Shown here: piece by piece, positions 38,444 to 48,900 of the stretch
How positions within the stretch are numbered: the stretch's first letter is position 1
Layout of the letters: every line of letters starts with the position of its first letter
Assembly (NCBI GenBank): GCA_965116875.1
Contig: OZ220733.1
Span: 576,001 to 640,000, forward strand
From: Candidatus Latescibacterota bacterium
GTDB lineage: Bacteria; Latescibacterota; UBA2968; GCA-2709665
DNA: 64,000 bases
Direction: 5' to 3'
Translations under genes and position numbers: made by a program
The notes under the pieces: model-generated
The model's input: only the letters and a program-made list of their open reading frames with translations
Databases searched by the model: none
Told to the model about the DNA's origin: nothing

Positions 38444-40087
38444 ATGTCGACCAATGGCAAGAGCGATCCCGCCACGCTGCTGAGCGTCAGTTCATTGGAG
38501 GAAATGGACGAGGAACCGATCTCCTCCTCACCGCTCAACCTGCATTCCCTCCTCGATATCGAAGACTTCAACGGCAGGGTCGTGGCCGGATACAATACAG
38601 GCATTGCCGAACAGGGGCTGCCCGCCGACGTTGGCGTTGCCCGAAGCCTGGTCGGGCCGGGTACCGGCGCCCTTCGCGACTTCAGCTACATCGCCCCCGA
38701 GATCCCGGAGTTCATCCAGGAAAACTGCGTTGGCTGCATGGACTGCGTCACCGAGTGTCCCGATACCGCCATCCTCGGGAAGATTACCACCCGCGAAGAC
38801 CTGGACGCCGCGCTGGCCAGGACCACCGATCCGGAAACCAGGGAATTCCTGCGCAACCAGTTTTCTGAAACCTCGAAGTATTACAAGAACTTCGAGAAGA
38901 AGGGCAAAGAAGGCGCCTACTTCGGCATCTTCATAGACCCGACCAAGTGCAAGGGTTGCGCCGAGTGCGTCGAAGTCTGCGCGGATAAAGACGCGCTGAA
39001 AATGGTCACCAAGACGGAAGACAACCTGGAGGAATTCCGCGCCGCCTGGGACTTCCACAACGAACTGCCCGAATCTCCGAGCGAATATATCCTCGAAAAA
39101 TCCGTTCAGGACATGATGCTGGCCGAACGATCGCTCCTCTACGTGGGCGGGGCAGGATCCTGCATGGGCTGTGGAGAAGCCACGGCCCTGCGCATGATGC
39201 TGGCATCCACGGGTTATCTGCACGGACCCGAGAACATCGGCCTCGTCGCATCCACCGGCTGCAACACCGTCTACACGTCCACCTATCCGTACAACCCCTA
39301 CACGGTGCCCTGGACCAACTCACTCTTCGAAAACGGTCCCACGGATGCCATGGGAGTGCGTGCCCGCTGGGACCAGATGGGCTGGCAGGACAAGAAGATC
39401 TGGGTCATAGGCGGAGACGGGGCGATGCTGGATATCGGTTTCCAGGCGCTCTCGCGGATGCTCATGTCAGGAATGGATATCAACGTCCTGGTTCTGGATA
39501 CCCAGGTCTATTCCAATACCGGCGGACAGGCCTCCACCTCCAGTTACATGGGTCAGAACACCAAAATGTCCGTCCACGGCTCAGCCATTCCCGGAAAAAC
39601 CGAACGTCGAAAGGAACTCGGACAGATCTGCATGATGCATCCGGACACCTTCGTGGCCCAGACCATCTGCAGCCTGCAGAACCACTTTTACCGCGCGATT
39701 GCCGCGGCCAACGAATTCGACGGCCCGTCCGTAATCAACGTTTTCACCACGTGCCAGCCCGAACACGGCGTGGGGGACCACCTGGCCGGACACCAGGCCA
39801 AGCTCGCCATGGAGTCCAGGGCATTCCCCATTTTCATCTACGATCCGCGCAAGGGAGAACGCATCAAGGAGCGGCTGGACCTCCGGGGCAACCCCGCGGT
39901 CAAGGACGACTGGTATACCATTCGCAAGACCGGAGAAACCGTCGACTTCGTTACTTTCGCCCGGACCGAGGGGCGTTTCGCCAAGCACTTCGACAAAGAC
40001 GGCAATCCTTCCGAAACCCTGATGGCCGCCCAGGACGACCGCCTGCAGAACTGGCGCATGCTCCAGGAGATGGCCGGCATTATCTGA
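38444..40087 (+). CDS. Pyruvate/2-oxoacid:ferredoxin oxidoreductase, fused ferredoxin(delta)-beta subunit
   Basis: CVGCMDCVTECP and CKGCAECVEVC 4Fe-4S motifs, CMGCGE, and the TPP motif GGDGAMLDIG..YSNTGGQ. Confidence 0.9.
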   Translation: MSTNGKSDPATLLSVSSLEEMDEEPISSSPLNLHSLLDIEDFNGRVVAGYNTGIAEQGLPADVGVARSLVGPGTGALRDFSYIAPEIPEFIQENCVGCMDCVTECPDTAILGKITTREDLDAALARTTDPETREFLRNQFSETSKYYKNFEKKGKEGAYFGIFIDPTKCKGCAECVEVCADKDALKMVTKTEDNLEEFRAAWDFHNELPESPSEYILEKSVQDMMLAERSLLYVGGAGSCMGCGEATALRMMLASTGYLHGPENIGLVASTGCNTVYTSTYPYNPYTVPWTNSLFENGPTDAMGVRARWDQMGWQDKKIWVIGGDGAMLDIGFQALSRMLMSGMDINVLVLDTQVYSNTGGQASTSSYMGQNTKMSVHGSAIPGKTERRKELGQICMMHPDTFVAQTICSLQNHFYRAIAAANEFDGPSVINVFTTCQPEHGVGDHLAGHQAKLAMESRAFPIFIYDPRKGERIKERLDLRGNPAVKDDWYTIRKTGETVDFVTFARTEGRFAKHFDKDGNPSETLMAAQDDRLQNWRMLQEMAGII

Positions 40088-40121
40088 GAAGCCGTAGACA
40101 ATTCAACGGGTCGCAGAACGC

Positions 40122-40159
40122 AAAGCCCCCGGAGGAGTGCCTCCGGGGGCTTTCTTGTT
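40122..40159 (+). terminator. Rho-independent terminator after PFOR
   Basis: AAAGCCCCCGGAGG-agtg-CCTCCGGGGGCTTT followed by CTTGTT. Confidence 0.8.
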
Positions 40160-40196
40160 CCGGTTTCCGCTCAGACCGCGTAATCGGGCAACAAAT

Positions 40197-40225
40197 TTGA
40201 CTTTTCAGGCGTCTACAGGTAAATT
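40197..40225 (+). promoter_or_regulatory. Putative sigma70 promoter of the PDH operon
   Basis: TTGACT-17 nt-TAAATT. Confidence 0.55.
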
Positions 40226-40295
40226 CAGAAGCCGATTGGTGCGTGTGAAGTTGTAAGTATGGGTTCATGAACGAGAAAGGCTGACGAGGACGCAA

Positions 40296-42998
40296 ATGTC
40301 TGATAAAGTCGTCCGGGTTCCATCCCGGGACGTCGACCCCGCCGAGACCCAGGACTGGATCGAGTCGCTCGACTACGCCCTGAAGAACTACGGGCCGGAC
40401 CGGGTGCGCTTCCTGTTCAAGAAAATCGAAGAGTGGGCCCATCGTGCCGACGTCGTCATCCCCTTCAGCGCCAATACACCCTATGTCAACACGATTCCCG
40501 TGGACCAGCAGCACCCGTACCCGGGCAACCGCGAAATCGAACGCCGTATCAAGAGCATCATCCGATGGAACGCCATGGCGATGGTCGTGCGTGCCAACCG
40601 GGAATCCGACGGGATCGGCGGCCATATTTCCACCTATGCATCGGCCGCCACGCTGCTCGAGGTGGGTTTCGACCACTTCTTTCACGGCAGGGGCAACGGC
40701 TTCCTGGGCGACCAGGTATATTTCCAGGGGCACGCCGCACCGGGTGTCTACGCCCGGGCGTTCCTCGAAGGCAGGGTCGACGAGCAAGCCCTGGAGAATT
40801 TCCGCAGGGATCTCCGGCGTCCGGGCGGCCTGTCTTCCTATCCGCATCCGTGGCTGATGCCCGACTTCTGGGAATACCCCACCGTATCGATGGGCCTGGC
40901 GCCCATTATGGGCATCTATCACGCGCGGTTCAATCGATATCTGGAGGATCGGGGTCTCAAAGACACGTCGGGGTCCCACGTGTGGGTCTTCATGGGCGAC
41001 GGTGAGACCGACGAACCCGAATCCCTTGGCGCAATCACGCTGGCGTCCAGGGAAAAGCTGGACAACCTCATTTTCGTGATCAACTGCAATCTCCAGCGGC
41101 TGGACGGCCCTGTACGCGGCAACGGCAAGGTGATCCAGGAACTGGAAGCCGCGTTCCGAGGCGCAGGCTGGAACGTCATCAAAGTCATCTGGGGAGACGA
41201 CTGGGACCCGTTGCTCGATCGTGACCGGGAAGGCATCCTGGCGCAGCGAATGAATGAAGTGGTCGACGGCCAATACCAGAAATATACCGTTGAATCGGGC
41301 GAATATATCCGCAGAGATTTCTTCGGCGCCCATCCCGGTCTGCTGGATATGGTCGACCACCTTTCGGACGAGCAATTGCAGAAAATGCGCCGCGGCGGTC
41401 ACGACCCGGAAAAAGTCTACGCCGCCTACAAATCGGCCGTGGAGCACCGGGGTTCGCCCACCGTCATCCTCGCGAAGACGATCAAGGGATACGGGGTCGG
41501 CGAATCCGGCGAGGGCCGGAACGTCTCTCACCAGCAGAAAAAGCTGAACGAGGACGAACTTCGGGAATTCCGGTCCCGCTTCGGTATCCCGATCTCCGAC
41601 GACGAGGTCGCCGCCGCCCCATTCTACCGGCCTCCTGATGACAGCCCCGAGATAAGATACATGAAACGACGCCGGGAAGAACTGGGTGGGTACCTGCCAT
41701 GCCGGCAGGTCAATACCGAACCTCTCTCCGTCCCCTCACTGGACATGTTCGACGAATTTCTGAAGGGCACGCAGGGTCGGCAGGCCTCGACGACGATGGC
41801 CTTCGTCCGCATGTTCTCAAAGCTCCTGCGCGACCCCGACGTCGGAAAGTTCATTGTACCCATCATTCCGGACGAAGCCCGTACGTTCGGCATGGAACCG
41901 CTTTTCCGACAGTGCGGAATCTACTCACGCGTCGGCCAGCTCTACGAACCGGTCGATGCCGACAGGCTGCTGTATTACCGGGAGGTCAGGGAAGGTCAGA
42001 TTCTGGAAGAAGGAATCAACGAAGCCGGTTCCATGTGCTCGTTCATCGCGGCCGGCACCGCGTATGCGACCTGCGGCGTGAACACCATCCCGTTTTTCAT
42101 CTACTACTCCATGTTCGGCTTTCAGCGCATCGGCGATCTGATCTGGGCCGCCGCGGACATGCGATGCAAGGGGTTCCTCCTGGGGGGCACTGCGGGCCGG
42201 ACAACGTTGAACGGAGAGGGCCTCCAACACCAGGACGGCCACAGCCACGTACTGGCCAACACCGTACCCAATCTGCTCACCTACGATCCTGCCTATGCTT
42301 ACGAAATCGCGGTCATCGTTCAGGACGGGATCCGGCGGATGTACGGACAGCAGGAGGACATCTTCTACTATCTGACGCTGGGAAACGAGCCCTACGACAT
42401 GCCGGCCATGCCGGAGGGCGCCGGGAAGGGCATCATCAGAGGCATATACAAACTCAAGGAGGCGTCGCTGGAAAGCGCCGCGTACCAGGTGCAACTGTTC
42501 GGCAGCGGCGCCATCCTGAGGGAGGCCATACGCGCCCGGAGCATTCTTGCAGAGAGATATGGCATCTCCGCGCAGGTCTGGAGCGTCACCAGCTACAAGG
42601 AACTTCGCAGAGACGCCCTCGAAACGGAACGCTGGAACCGACTGCACCCATCGGAACCGGCGCGCAAGCCTTACATTGCGAGGGTCCTCGAAGATGCACG
42701 GGGACCCGTCGTGGCTGCTTCGGACTATATGAAAATCCTGCCCGACATGATCCGGCCATGGATGCCGCTGGACCTGGTTTCTCTGGGGACCGACGGCTTC
42801 GGAAGAAGCGATACCAGGGAGGCACTCCGCCGGCACTTCGAAGTCGATGCCGAATCCATTGCCGTCGCCGCCCTCCACGCCCTCTCAAGCCAGGGCAAGA
42901 TCGGATCAGACAGGGTTGCACGGGCCATCGCGGACCTGGGCGTGGACCCCGAGAAAGCCAATCCCGTCGCGGCCGGACCCACGTTGAGTTACGGATAG
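40296..42998 (+). CDS. aceE: Pyruvate dehydrogenase E1, homodimeric type
   Basis: TPYVNTI, GGHISTYAS, LSSYPHP, GDGETDE, YYSMFGFQR and GEGLQHQDG. Confidence 0.97.
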   Translation: MSDKVVRVPSRDVDPAETQDWIESLDYALKNYGPDRVRFLFKKIEEWAHRADVVIPFSANTPYVNTIPVDQQHPYPGNREIERRIKSIIRWNAMAMVVRANRESDGIGGHISTYASAATLLEVGFDHFFHGRGNGFLGDQVYFQGHAAPGVYARAFLEGRVDEQALENFRRDLRRPGGLSSYPHPWLMPDFWEYPTVSMGLAPIMGIYHARFNRYLEDRGLKDTSGSHVWVFMGDGETDEPESLGAITLASREKLDNLIFVINCNLQRLDGPVRGNGKVIQELEAAFRGAGWNVIKVIWGDDWDPLLDRDREGILAQRMNEVVDGQYQKYTVESGEYIRRDFFGAHPGLLDMVDHLSDEQLQKMRRGGHDPEKVYAAYKSAVEHRGSPTVILAKTIKGYGVGESGEGRNVSHQQKKLNEDELREFRSRFGIPISDDEVAAAPFYRPPDDSPEIRYMKRRREELGGYLPCRQVNTEPLSVPSLDMFDEFLKGTQGRQASTTMAFVRMFSKLLRDPDVGKFIVPIIPDEARTFGMEPLFRQCGIYSRVGQLYEPVDADRLLYYREVREGQILEEGINEAGSMCSFIAAGTAYATCGVNTIPFFIYYSMFGFQRIGDLIWAAADMRCKGFLLGGTAGRTTLNGEGLQHQDGHSHVLANTVPNLLTYDPAYAYEIAVIVQDGIRRMYGQQEDIFYYLTLGNEPYDMPAMPEGAGKGIIRGIYKLKEASLESAAYQVQLFGSGAILREAIRARSILAERYGISAQVWSVTSYKELRRDALETERWNRLHPSEPARKPYIARVLEDARGPVVAASDYMKILPDMIRPWMPLDLVSLGTDGFGRSDTREALRRHFEVDAESIAVAALHALSSQGKIGSDRVARAIADLGVDPEKANPVAAGPTLSYG

Positions 42999-43089
42999 TC
43001 GTGTCAACTGCCGGATTCAGGCTTCCGTCAGGCGATCTATTTCCAGGAAAAGCTCCAGCGACGTTTGCGGCACCCGCAAAGGAGGAACC

Positions 43090-44382
43090 GTGGCGGAGGA
43101 AATCAGACTTCCGGACCTTGGCGAAGGCATCGATCAGGGAGACGTGGTGCGCATCCTGGTCTCGGAAGGAGATTCAATCGCGGTCGATCAGCCCGTCATC
43201 GAATTGGAAACCGACAAGGCGCTGGTTGAAGTCCCATCGTCAAAAGCCGGAACCGTCGCATCGGTCAACGTCAGGAGCGGTGAGAGCATTTCGCCGGGCG
43301 CCGTGCTGATCACCGTCAGCTCGGCGCAGGCCGGGGACCGGCGGGAAGCCGCGCGGGAATCGCACGCGCCGGACAAGAATGTCGATCCCCCTCCGGCGGA
43401 CCCGCCGGTGGAACCGCAGGCGCCGCGGGCCGGGGTGAACGCGGAAGTGGACGAAGGGACGCCTGCCGCCGCGAAGACCTCACGCGACGCCGTGGCCGCC
43501 GCCCCATCCGTTCGACGATTCGCGCGTGAGCTCGGCGTCGATCTGCACCAGGTTCCGGGCAGCGGCGCGGGCGGACGGATCACCCGCGACGATGTGAAAG
43601 GTTACGTACAGTCTTCCCTGAACGAAACGGCGCAGGCGGGGCCCGTCGTCGCGCCGGACCTGCCGGACTTCACCCGATGGGGCCGTGTTGAGCGACAACC
43701 CCTGCCCGGGGTGCGCAGGACCATTGCGCAGAACGTGGGCACGGCCTGGGCGCAGGTACCCCACGTCACGCAATTCGACCGGGCAGACGTGACGGACCTG
43801 GAGACCTTCAGGCAGCGACACAAGGCCGGCACAGAAGCCCGGGGCGGCAAACTGACGCCCACGTCATTTGTACTGAAAGCCGTTGTCAACGCGCTGAAGG
43901 CCTTCCCGCAGTTCAACACCAGCCTGGATTTGGCCGCAGGCCAACTCGTACTCAAGCACTACTATCACATCGGCGTGGCCGTTGACACCGAACGAGGCCT
44001 TCTCGTGCCGGTGATCCGCGACGTCGACCGGCGGGACATCTTCGAACTGGCCGTTCAACTCGACGACCTCGCCCGCCGCACGCGGGAAGGAAGGGCCGAC
44101 CTCGAAGAGCTTCAGGGCGGCACATTTACCGTCACCAACCTGGGAAGCATCGGCGGAACTTCCTTCACTCCCATCGTCAACTTCCCCGAAGTCGCCATAC
44201 TCGGCATGGGACGGTCCCGGCAGGAACCTGTCGTGAGCAACGGCCGCATCGAGGCCCGTCTGATCATGCCCATCTGCCTGTCTTACGACCATCGCGTCGT
44301 GGACGGCGCCGACGGCGCGCGATTCACAAGACACCTGGTTGAGTCCCTGGAAAATCCGGAGCGCATGCTCCTCGGGGGTTGA
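43090..44382 (+). CDS. aceF: Dihydrolipoamide acetyltransferase E2
   Basis: Lipoyl motif ETDKA, E3-binding PSVRRFARELGVDL, catalytic SYDHRVVDG. Confidence 0.93.
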   Translation: MAEEIRLPDLGEGIDQGDVVRILVSEGDSIAVDQPVIELETDKALVEVPSSKAGTVASVNVRSGESISPGAVLITVSSAQAGDRREAARESHAPDKNVDPPPADPPVEPQAPRAGVNAEVDEGTPAAAKTSRDAVAAAPSVRRFARELGVDLHQVPGSGAGGRITRDDVKGYVQSSLNETAQAGPVVAPDLPDFTRWGRVERQPLPGVRRTIAQNVGTAWAQVPHVTQFDRADVTDLETFRQRHKAGTEARGGKLTPTSFVLKAVVNALKAFPQFNTSLDLAAGQLVLKHYYHIGVAVDTERGLLVPVIRDVDRRDIFELAVQLDDLARRTREGRADLEELQGGTFTVTNLGSIGGTSFTPIVNFPEVAILGMGRSRQEPVVSNGRIEARLIMPICLSYDHRVVDGADGARFTRHLVESLENPERMLLGG

Positions 44383-44446
44383 ACCCAAACCCGGCGACTC
44401 CACGGCCCGCGTCACGGCCGGCCGTGTGCCCTCGTCCGGAGCGACT

Positions 44447-45865
44447 ATGCCGAAAGGCGCTCACAAGACCGACCTTCTCGTCATCGGCGGCGGGCCCGGC
44501 GGCTACGCCGCCGCGTTCAGATCGGCGGACCTCGGTATCCCGGTAACGCTGGTGGAAGCCGGCGACCGTCTCGGAGGAACATGCCTGCTCCGCGGCTGCA
44601 TCCCGTCGAAGGCCCTGCTGCACGTCGCCGGCCTGATTTCGGATTCCCGTGAAGCGGCAGCCTGCGGATTGACGTTTTCGGAACCGGAAATCGATCTCGA
44701 AAAAATGCGCGGCTGGAAAGACGGGATTCTCGCGAAGCTCTCGCAGGGCCTGGACGCATTGTGCCGGCGCCGCCGCGTGCGGCGGGTCCGCGGCCGGGCA
44801 GCATTCGAGTCCTCCCAGCGCATCCGGGTCTCGGGAGGTGACGACGTGTCCCAGATTGACTTCGTGCACGCCATTGTCGCCACGGGGTCCCGGCCGGCGG
44901 TACCCCCTGTTTTCGACGTCGAGAGTCCGAAGATTCTGGATTCGGACAGAGCGCTCGAACTGGAGAACGTCCCGGATCGCCTGCTTGCCGTAGGCGGAGG
45001 GATCGTAGGCCTGGAACTGAGTACCGTCTACGCCCGGCTGGGAAGCCGGGTGACACTGGTTGAGATCACCGGCGGCCTCCTTCCCGGTGTGGACCCGGAC
45101 CTGGTCAAACCCCTGCAAAAGTACCTTGAAGGCGTTTTCGACGGCATCCATGTCAACACCGCCGTCGGCTCTCTGGAGGAAGGCGAAGACGGGATTACCG
45201 TGAGTTTCGAGGGGGACCTCCAGGCGGGCGCGCAGGCCTTCGACAACATCCTGCTCTCGGCCGGCCGGGTTCCGAACACCCGGGACCTGGGACTGGAAAA
45301 CACGCGGGTGGGGCTCACGGATGCCGGCTTCATCGTCGTAGACGGTCACATGCGTACGGCCGACACCCGCATCTTCGCCCTTGGAGACGTGGTGGATGGC
45401 CCCGGGCTCGCCCACAAGGCCGCCCACCAGGGGAAAGTCGCCGCCGAAGTGATCGCCGGACAACCGGCGGCCTTTGACAGCATCGTGCCCTCCGTGGTCT
45501 ACACGGATCCCGAGATCGCGTGGTGCGGCCTCACGGAGACCGACGCACGGGCGCAGGACCGCCCCGTGAAAACCGCGCGATTTCCCTGGGCCGCCTCGGG
45601 CCGGGCCGCAACGCTCGGCCGAACCGAGGGGCTTACGAAACTGGTTTTCGACCCGGAGACCAGCCGAATTCTGGGTGCGGGGATCGTTGGCCCCAACGCC
45701 GGGGAACTCATCGCCGAAGCCGTCCTCGGCATTGAAATGGGCGCTGTCGCCGAAGACCTGGCGCACACGATCCACCCCCATCCTTCCCTCTCCGAGTCCC
45801 TGGGCATCGCGGCGGAGATGTACCTGGGGACCGCTACCGACCTCTACATTCCCAAAAAGAGATAG
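44447..45865 (+). CDS. lpdA: Dihydrolipoyl dehydrogenase E3
   Basis: GGGPGGY, GGTCLLRGCIPSK and HPHPSLSE. Confidence 0.95.
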   Translation: MPKGAHKTDLLVIGGGPGGYAAAFRSADLGIPVTLVEAGDRLGGTCLLRGCIPSKALLHVAGLISDSREAAACGLTFSEPEIDLEKMRGWKDGILAKLSQGLDALCRRRRVRRVRGRAAFESSQRIRVSGGDDVSQIDFVHAIVATGSRPAVPPVFDVESPKILDSDRALELENVPDRLLAVGGGIVGLELSTVYARLGSRVTLVEITGGLLPGVDPDLVKPLQKYLEGVFDGIHVNTAVGSLEEGEDGITVSFEGDLQAGAQAFDNILLSAGRVPNTRDLGLENTRVGLTDAGFIVVDGHMRTADTRIFALGDVVDGPGLAHKAAHQGKVAAEVIAGQPAAFDSIVPSVVYTDPEIAWCGLTETDARAQDRPVKTARFPWAASGRAATLGRTEGLTKLVFDPETSRILGAGIVGPNAGELIAEAVLGIEMGAVAEDLAHTIHPHPSLSESLGIAAEMYLGTATDLYIPKKR

Positions 45866-45960
45866 CCCGACGAACGCGGTTGCGTGAAATCGCCCCGTCC
45901 GCGGTTGAACCGGATCCGGATTCAGCTTTCCACGAATTCATCGCAACTCCTGTCGGAATA

Positions 45961-48900
45961 TCACTTCAACAGCACCATTTTGCGTACAGCGCTGAACTTG
46001 CCGCCATCCACCTCCAGGCGGCTGCAGTAGACGCCGCTGGACACTTCCCTGCCCGCGTCGTCCCTCCCGTCCCAGGTCACCTGGTAGTATCCGGCCTGCC
46101 GTTCTCCCTTTACCAGCACGCGGATCCGTTGTCCGAGCAAATTGAAGACAACCAGCGAGACGTCGCCGGGACCGGGCAACTGGTAAGCGATCTGGCACTC
46201 GCTGTTGAACGGGTTCGGGAAATTTGGATGCAGGGCATACTCCCCGGGTTCGGCGGGTGCGTCGTTCAGAAAGCGGCCGCCGATCTTCCATCCCGTCACC
46301 TCACCCGTATCGGACCCGATCACCGCGCCATCTCCAATTCTCAGGATGCGGGTGGGCTTCCCCGAAACTTTTCCAAGGCCCCGAACCTCACCGGATCCGT
46401 CCAACACCACGATGCTGCCGTCCTCGCAGCCCGTCACCACCCACGACGCGTCATTGGCGCGCACGAACGCCAGCACCGTGGGCGGGCTGTGAAGCCGGCG
46501 GGTCCACACCCGATCGCACCGCGCATCCAGTGCGACCACGAGCCCCGTTGACGTCGCCGCCAGGATTTCCTTCTTCCCGTCTCCGTCCAGGTCCCCGATA
46601 TCCAAGTCGCGCATATTCTGAGCAGGAATCCGATTCCCGGGACCGAAGTTCGCGTTGTACAGGGCTGCGCCGTTTTCGTTCCAAACCGTCACCCGGTTCC
46701 ACGTGCCGTTGATCTCGCTGATCACCTCTCTCGTACCGTCAGCATCCAGATCTTCGTAGAAGATGTGTTTCCGGCTCATCGAGGCCCATCCGCCAATATA
46801 CGTGTGACCCGCCGGAACCCCGGCGAAGCGTCCCCGGGTCACCTGCGACGATCGGCTGTTCACCACTGAAAGCGCGTGCGAATCCGTGGGCTGTCTTGCG
46901 ACCAGGAGATCCGTGCCGCCTCGGGGGCTCTCGATCAGTGCGAACCGGGTTCCGGGCCCCCAGAACACCGGCAGCCTCTCTTCGAGCTCTCCCCTGTCGT
47001 TCAGGATTTCCAGCGTGCACGCGCTACCCACGAATGCCTGGCTCTTCCCGTTTCGGAAGATTCCCGTGTGCAGCCCGTGGATCCCCTCGTGGCCCGGCGC
47101 CGACTTGAACCAGTAGGTCTTCCCGGCCCGGAAGACCGCCGGGTGCATTTCGGACACGAACGTCCAGCGGCGCCTTCCTTCCAGGTCGAACGCGATTACC
47201 TGTTCGTCCCTGCACCCCACAAGCAACAACTGGAAGGCATCCCACCAGGCCATCACCCTGATTGGGGCGTCCGTGCGGAAAAACCGGCCCTCCCCGCCAT
47301 CCCGCGTCAGCAGATGAACCCCTCTTTCCGTCGCGACTCCGATCCACGTCTCGCCTTCGGACGCGAAGGAAATCATATCCGTCACGGCGGCGCCGGTCCT
47401 CGTCCTCAGAAACAGAGGCGCGGGCGGACCTTCCGGCGTTGGCGGCGTATTGGGAGTCATTGAATCCATGCGCCGCTCCATCCGGGCCTGCGACAACATC
47501 CCGCTGAGCCTGTCGACCGTGTCGGAGAGCAGATCCGGATTCGGGATCGCGGCAGTCAGGACATGCCGACCCTCCGGCACATCGAACACGACGCCGCTAT
47601 CGGAGTCTGCAAGGACCGGGAGCGGAACGCCGTCCAACATGACGTCAGCCGGTTCAGCGAACGCCGCGCGGACGCGTGTCTCCTCCGACGCGGTGAACAC
47701 CGCAGAACCCGAATGAAAGTCCCAGTCCAGATCGACCGGCCCGTCCGCACTGAACAGACTCCCCTCCAATCCTGCGGTTTTCAAGTCCTTCCCGAAGAGG
47801 TGATCGCCGGCCAGCAGGACGACGTCGCCCTGAATGCCGCCGTACGCTCCGTCGACGGCAATGGCCGGCGCCGGAAGACCGAGCACCGCCGCCCGCGTTC
47901 CGATCCGCAGACAGGAGACAGGGGCTCCATCCGCACCGGCCGCGGCAATCAGCGAAAAGAACGCGCGTTCCTCGCCGGACGATACCGCGCCCGTCCAGGC
48001 CAGCGTTGCGGTTCTCCCGTTCAGATTGATCTCGACGGGATCGGAGGCCCGGATTCCAAAACGCGTGCCGCCGGACTTCAGGTGCGACTCGCCGCCAGCA
48101 GAAACAGAACCCCATCGGCCCGGCGCCGTCCATTCCGTTCTGACTTCGAGATTCGCGCTCTCCACCCGGAACGTCAGCCGGTCCACAAACAGCGCATACC
48201 TGCCTTCGCGCTGCACCAGGGCGCGGCGCCAGTTGCAGAACGACGCATTGGGAACCTCCGCGACGGCGACGGCCGTCCGGCCCACCACGTCCCGATAGCG
48301 CAGCGCCGCGTCCATCGGGCTGCGCGGCTCCACCAGCCCGTCGGCACCCGTCAGTACCTGATTCCCGTAACCCTGGAGTACTGTTTCTCCGTCGAGGCGG
48401 AGCTCCAGAACCGCAAACGAGTGGTACGGATTCCGGGACGCTCCGTTCAGCCCGTCGATCAGAATGAAATCGCCCGTCGCGTCGGCGGCGCTTCGAAAAC
48501 TCCCGAATTGAAACGAGTCCGAAAGCGGCAGGCCGCTCGCGCGCCGTTTCCACAGCGGCTCCGGCAGCTCGAGGACGCTCCACCCCTGGACAAGATCGGT
48601 CGGCTGGACGGGAGCCATGCCGGACTCCGGCCAGAAGGACTGACCCAGCCGGAACCTGTCCAGGCTCACCCCTGTCCGGCGCGCGTATTCCAGATATCTC
48701 CCGTCACCTGTCAGATACGCGGCTTTGTGAAGGTATCCGATGGAGGCGTAGCGCAGGGCCCAGTCGGGTTCGCGACCGGAAATCAGCATCTCCTGCCCCC
48801 GCAGCAATGTTTTCAGGACACCGTTCTCCAGCGCCGCGCGGTCCCCCGAGACGAGCATGTACGTGAGAATCGGTGCGATGCCGGTACTGTACCAATACAG

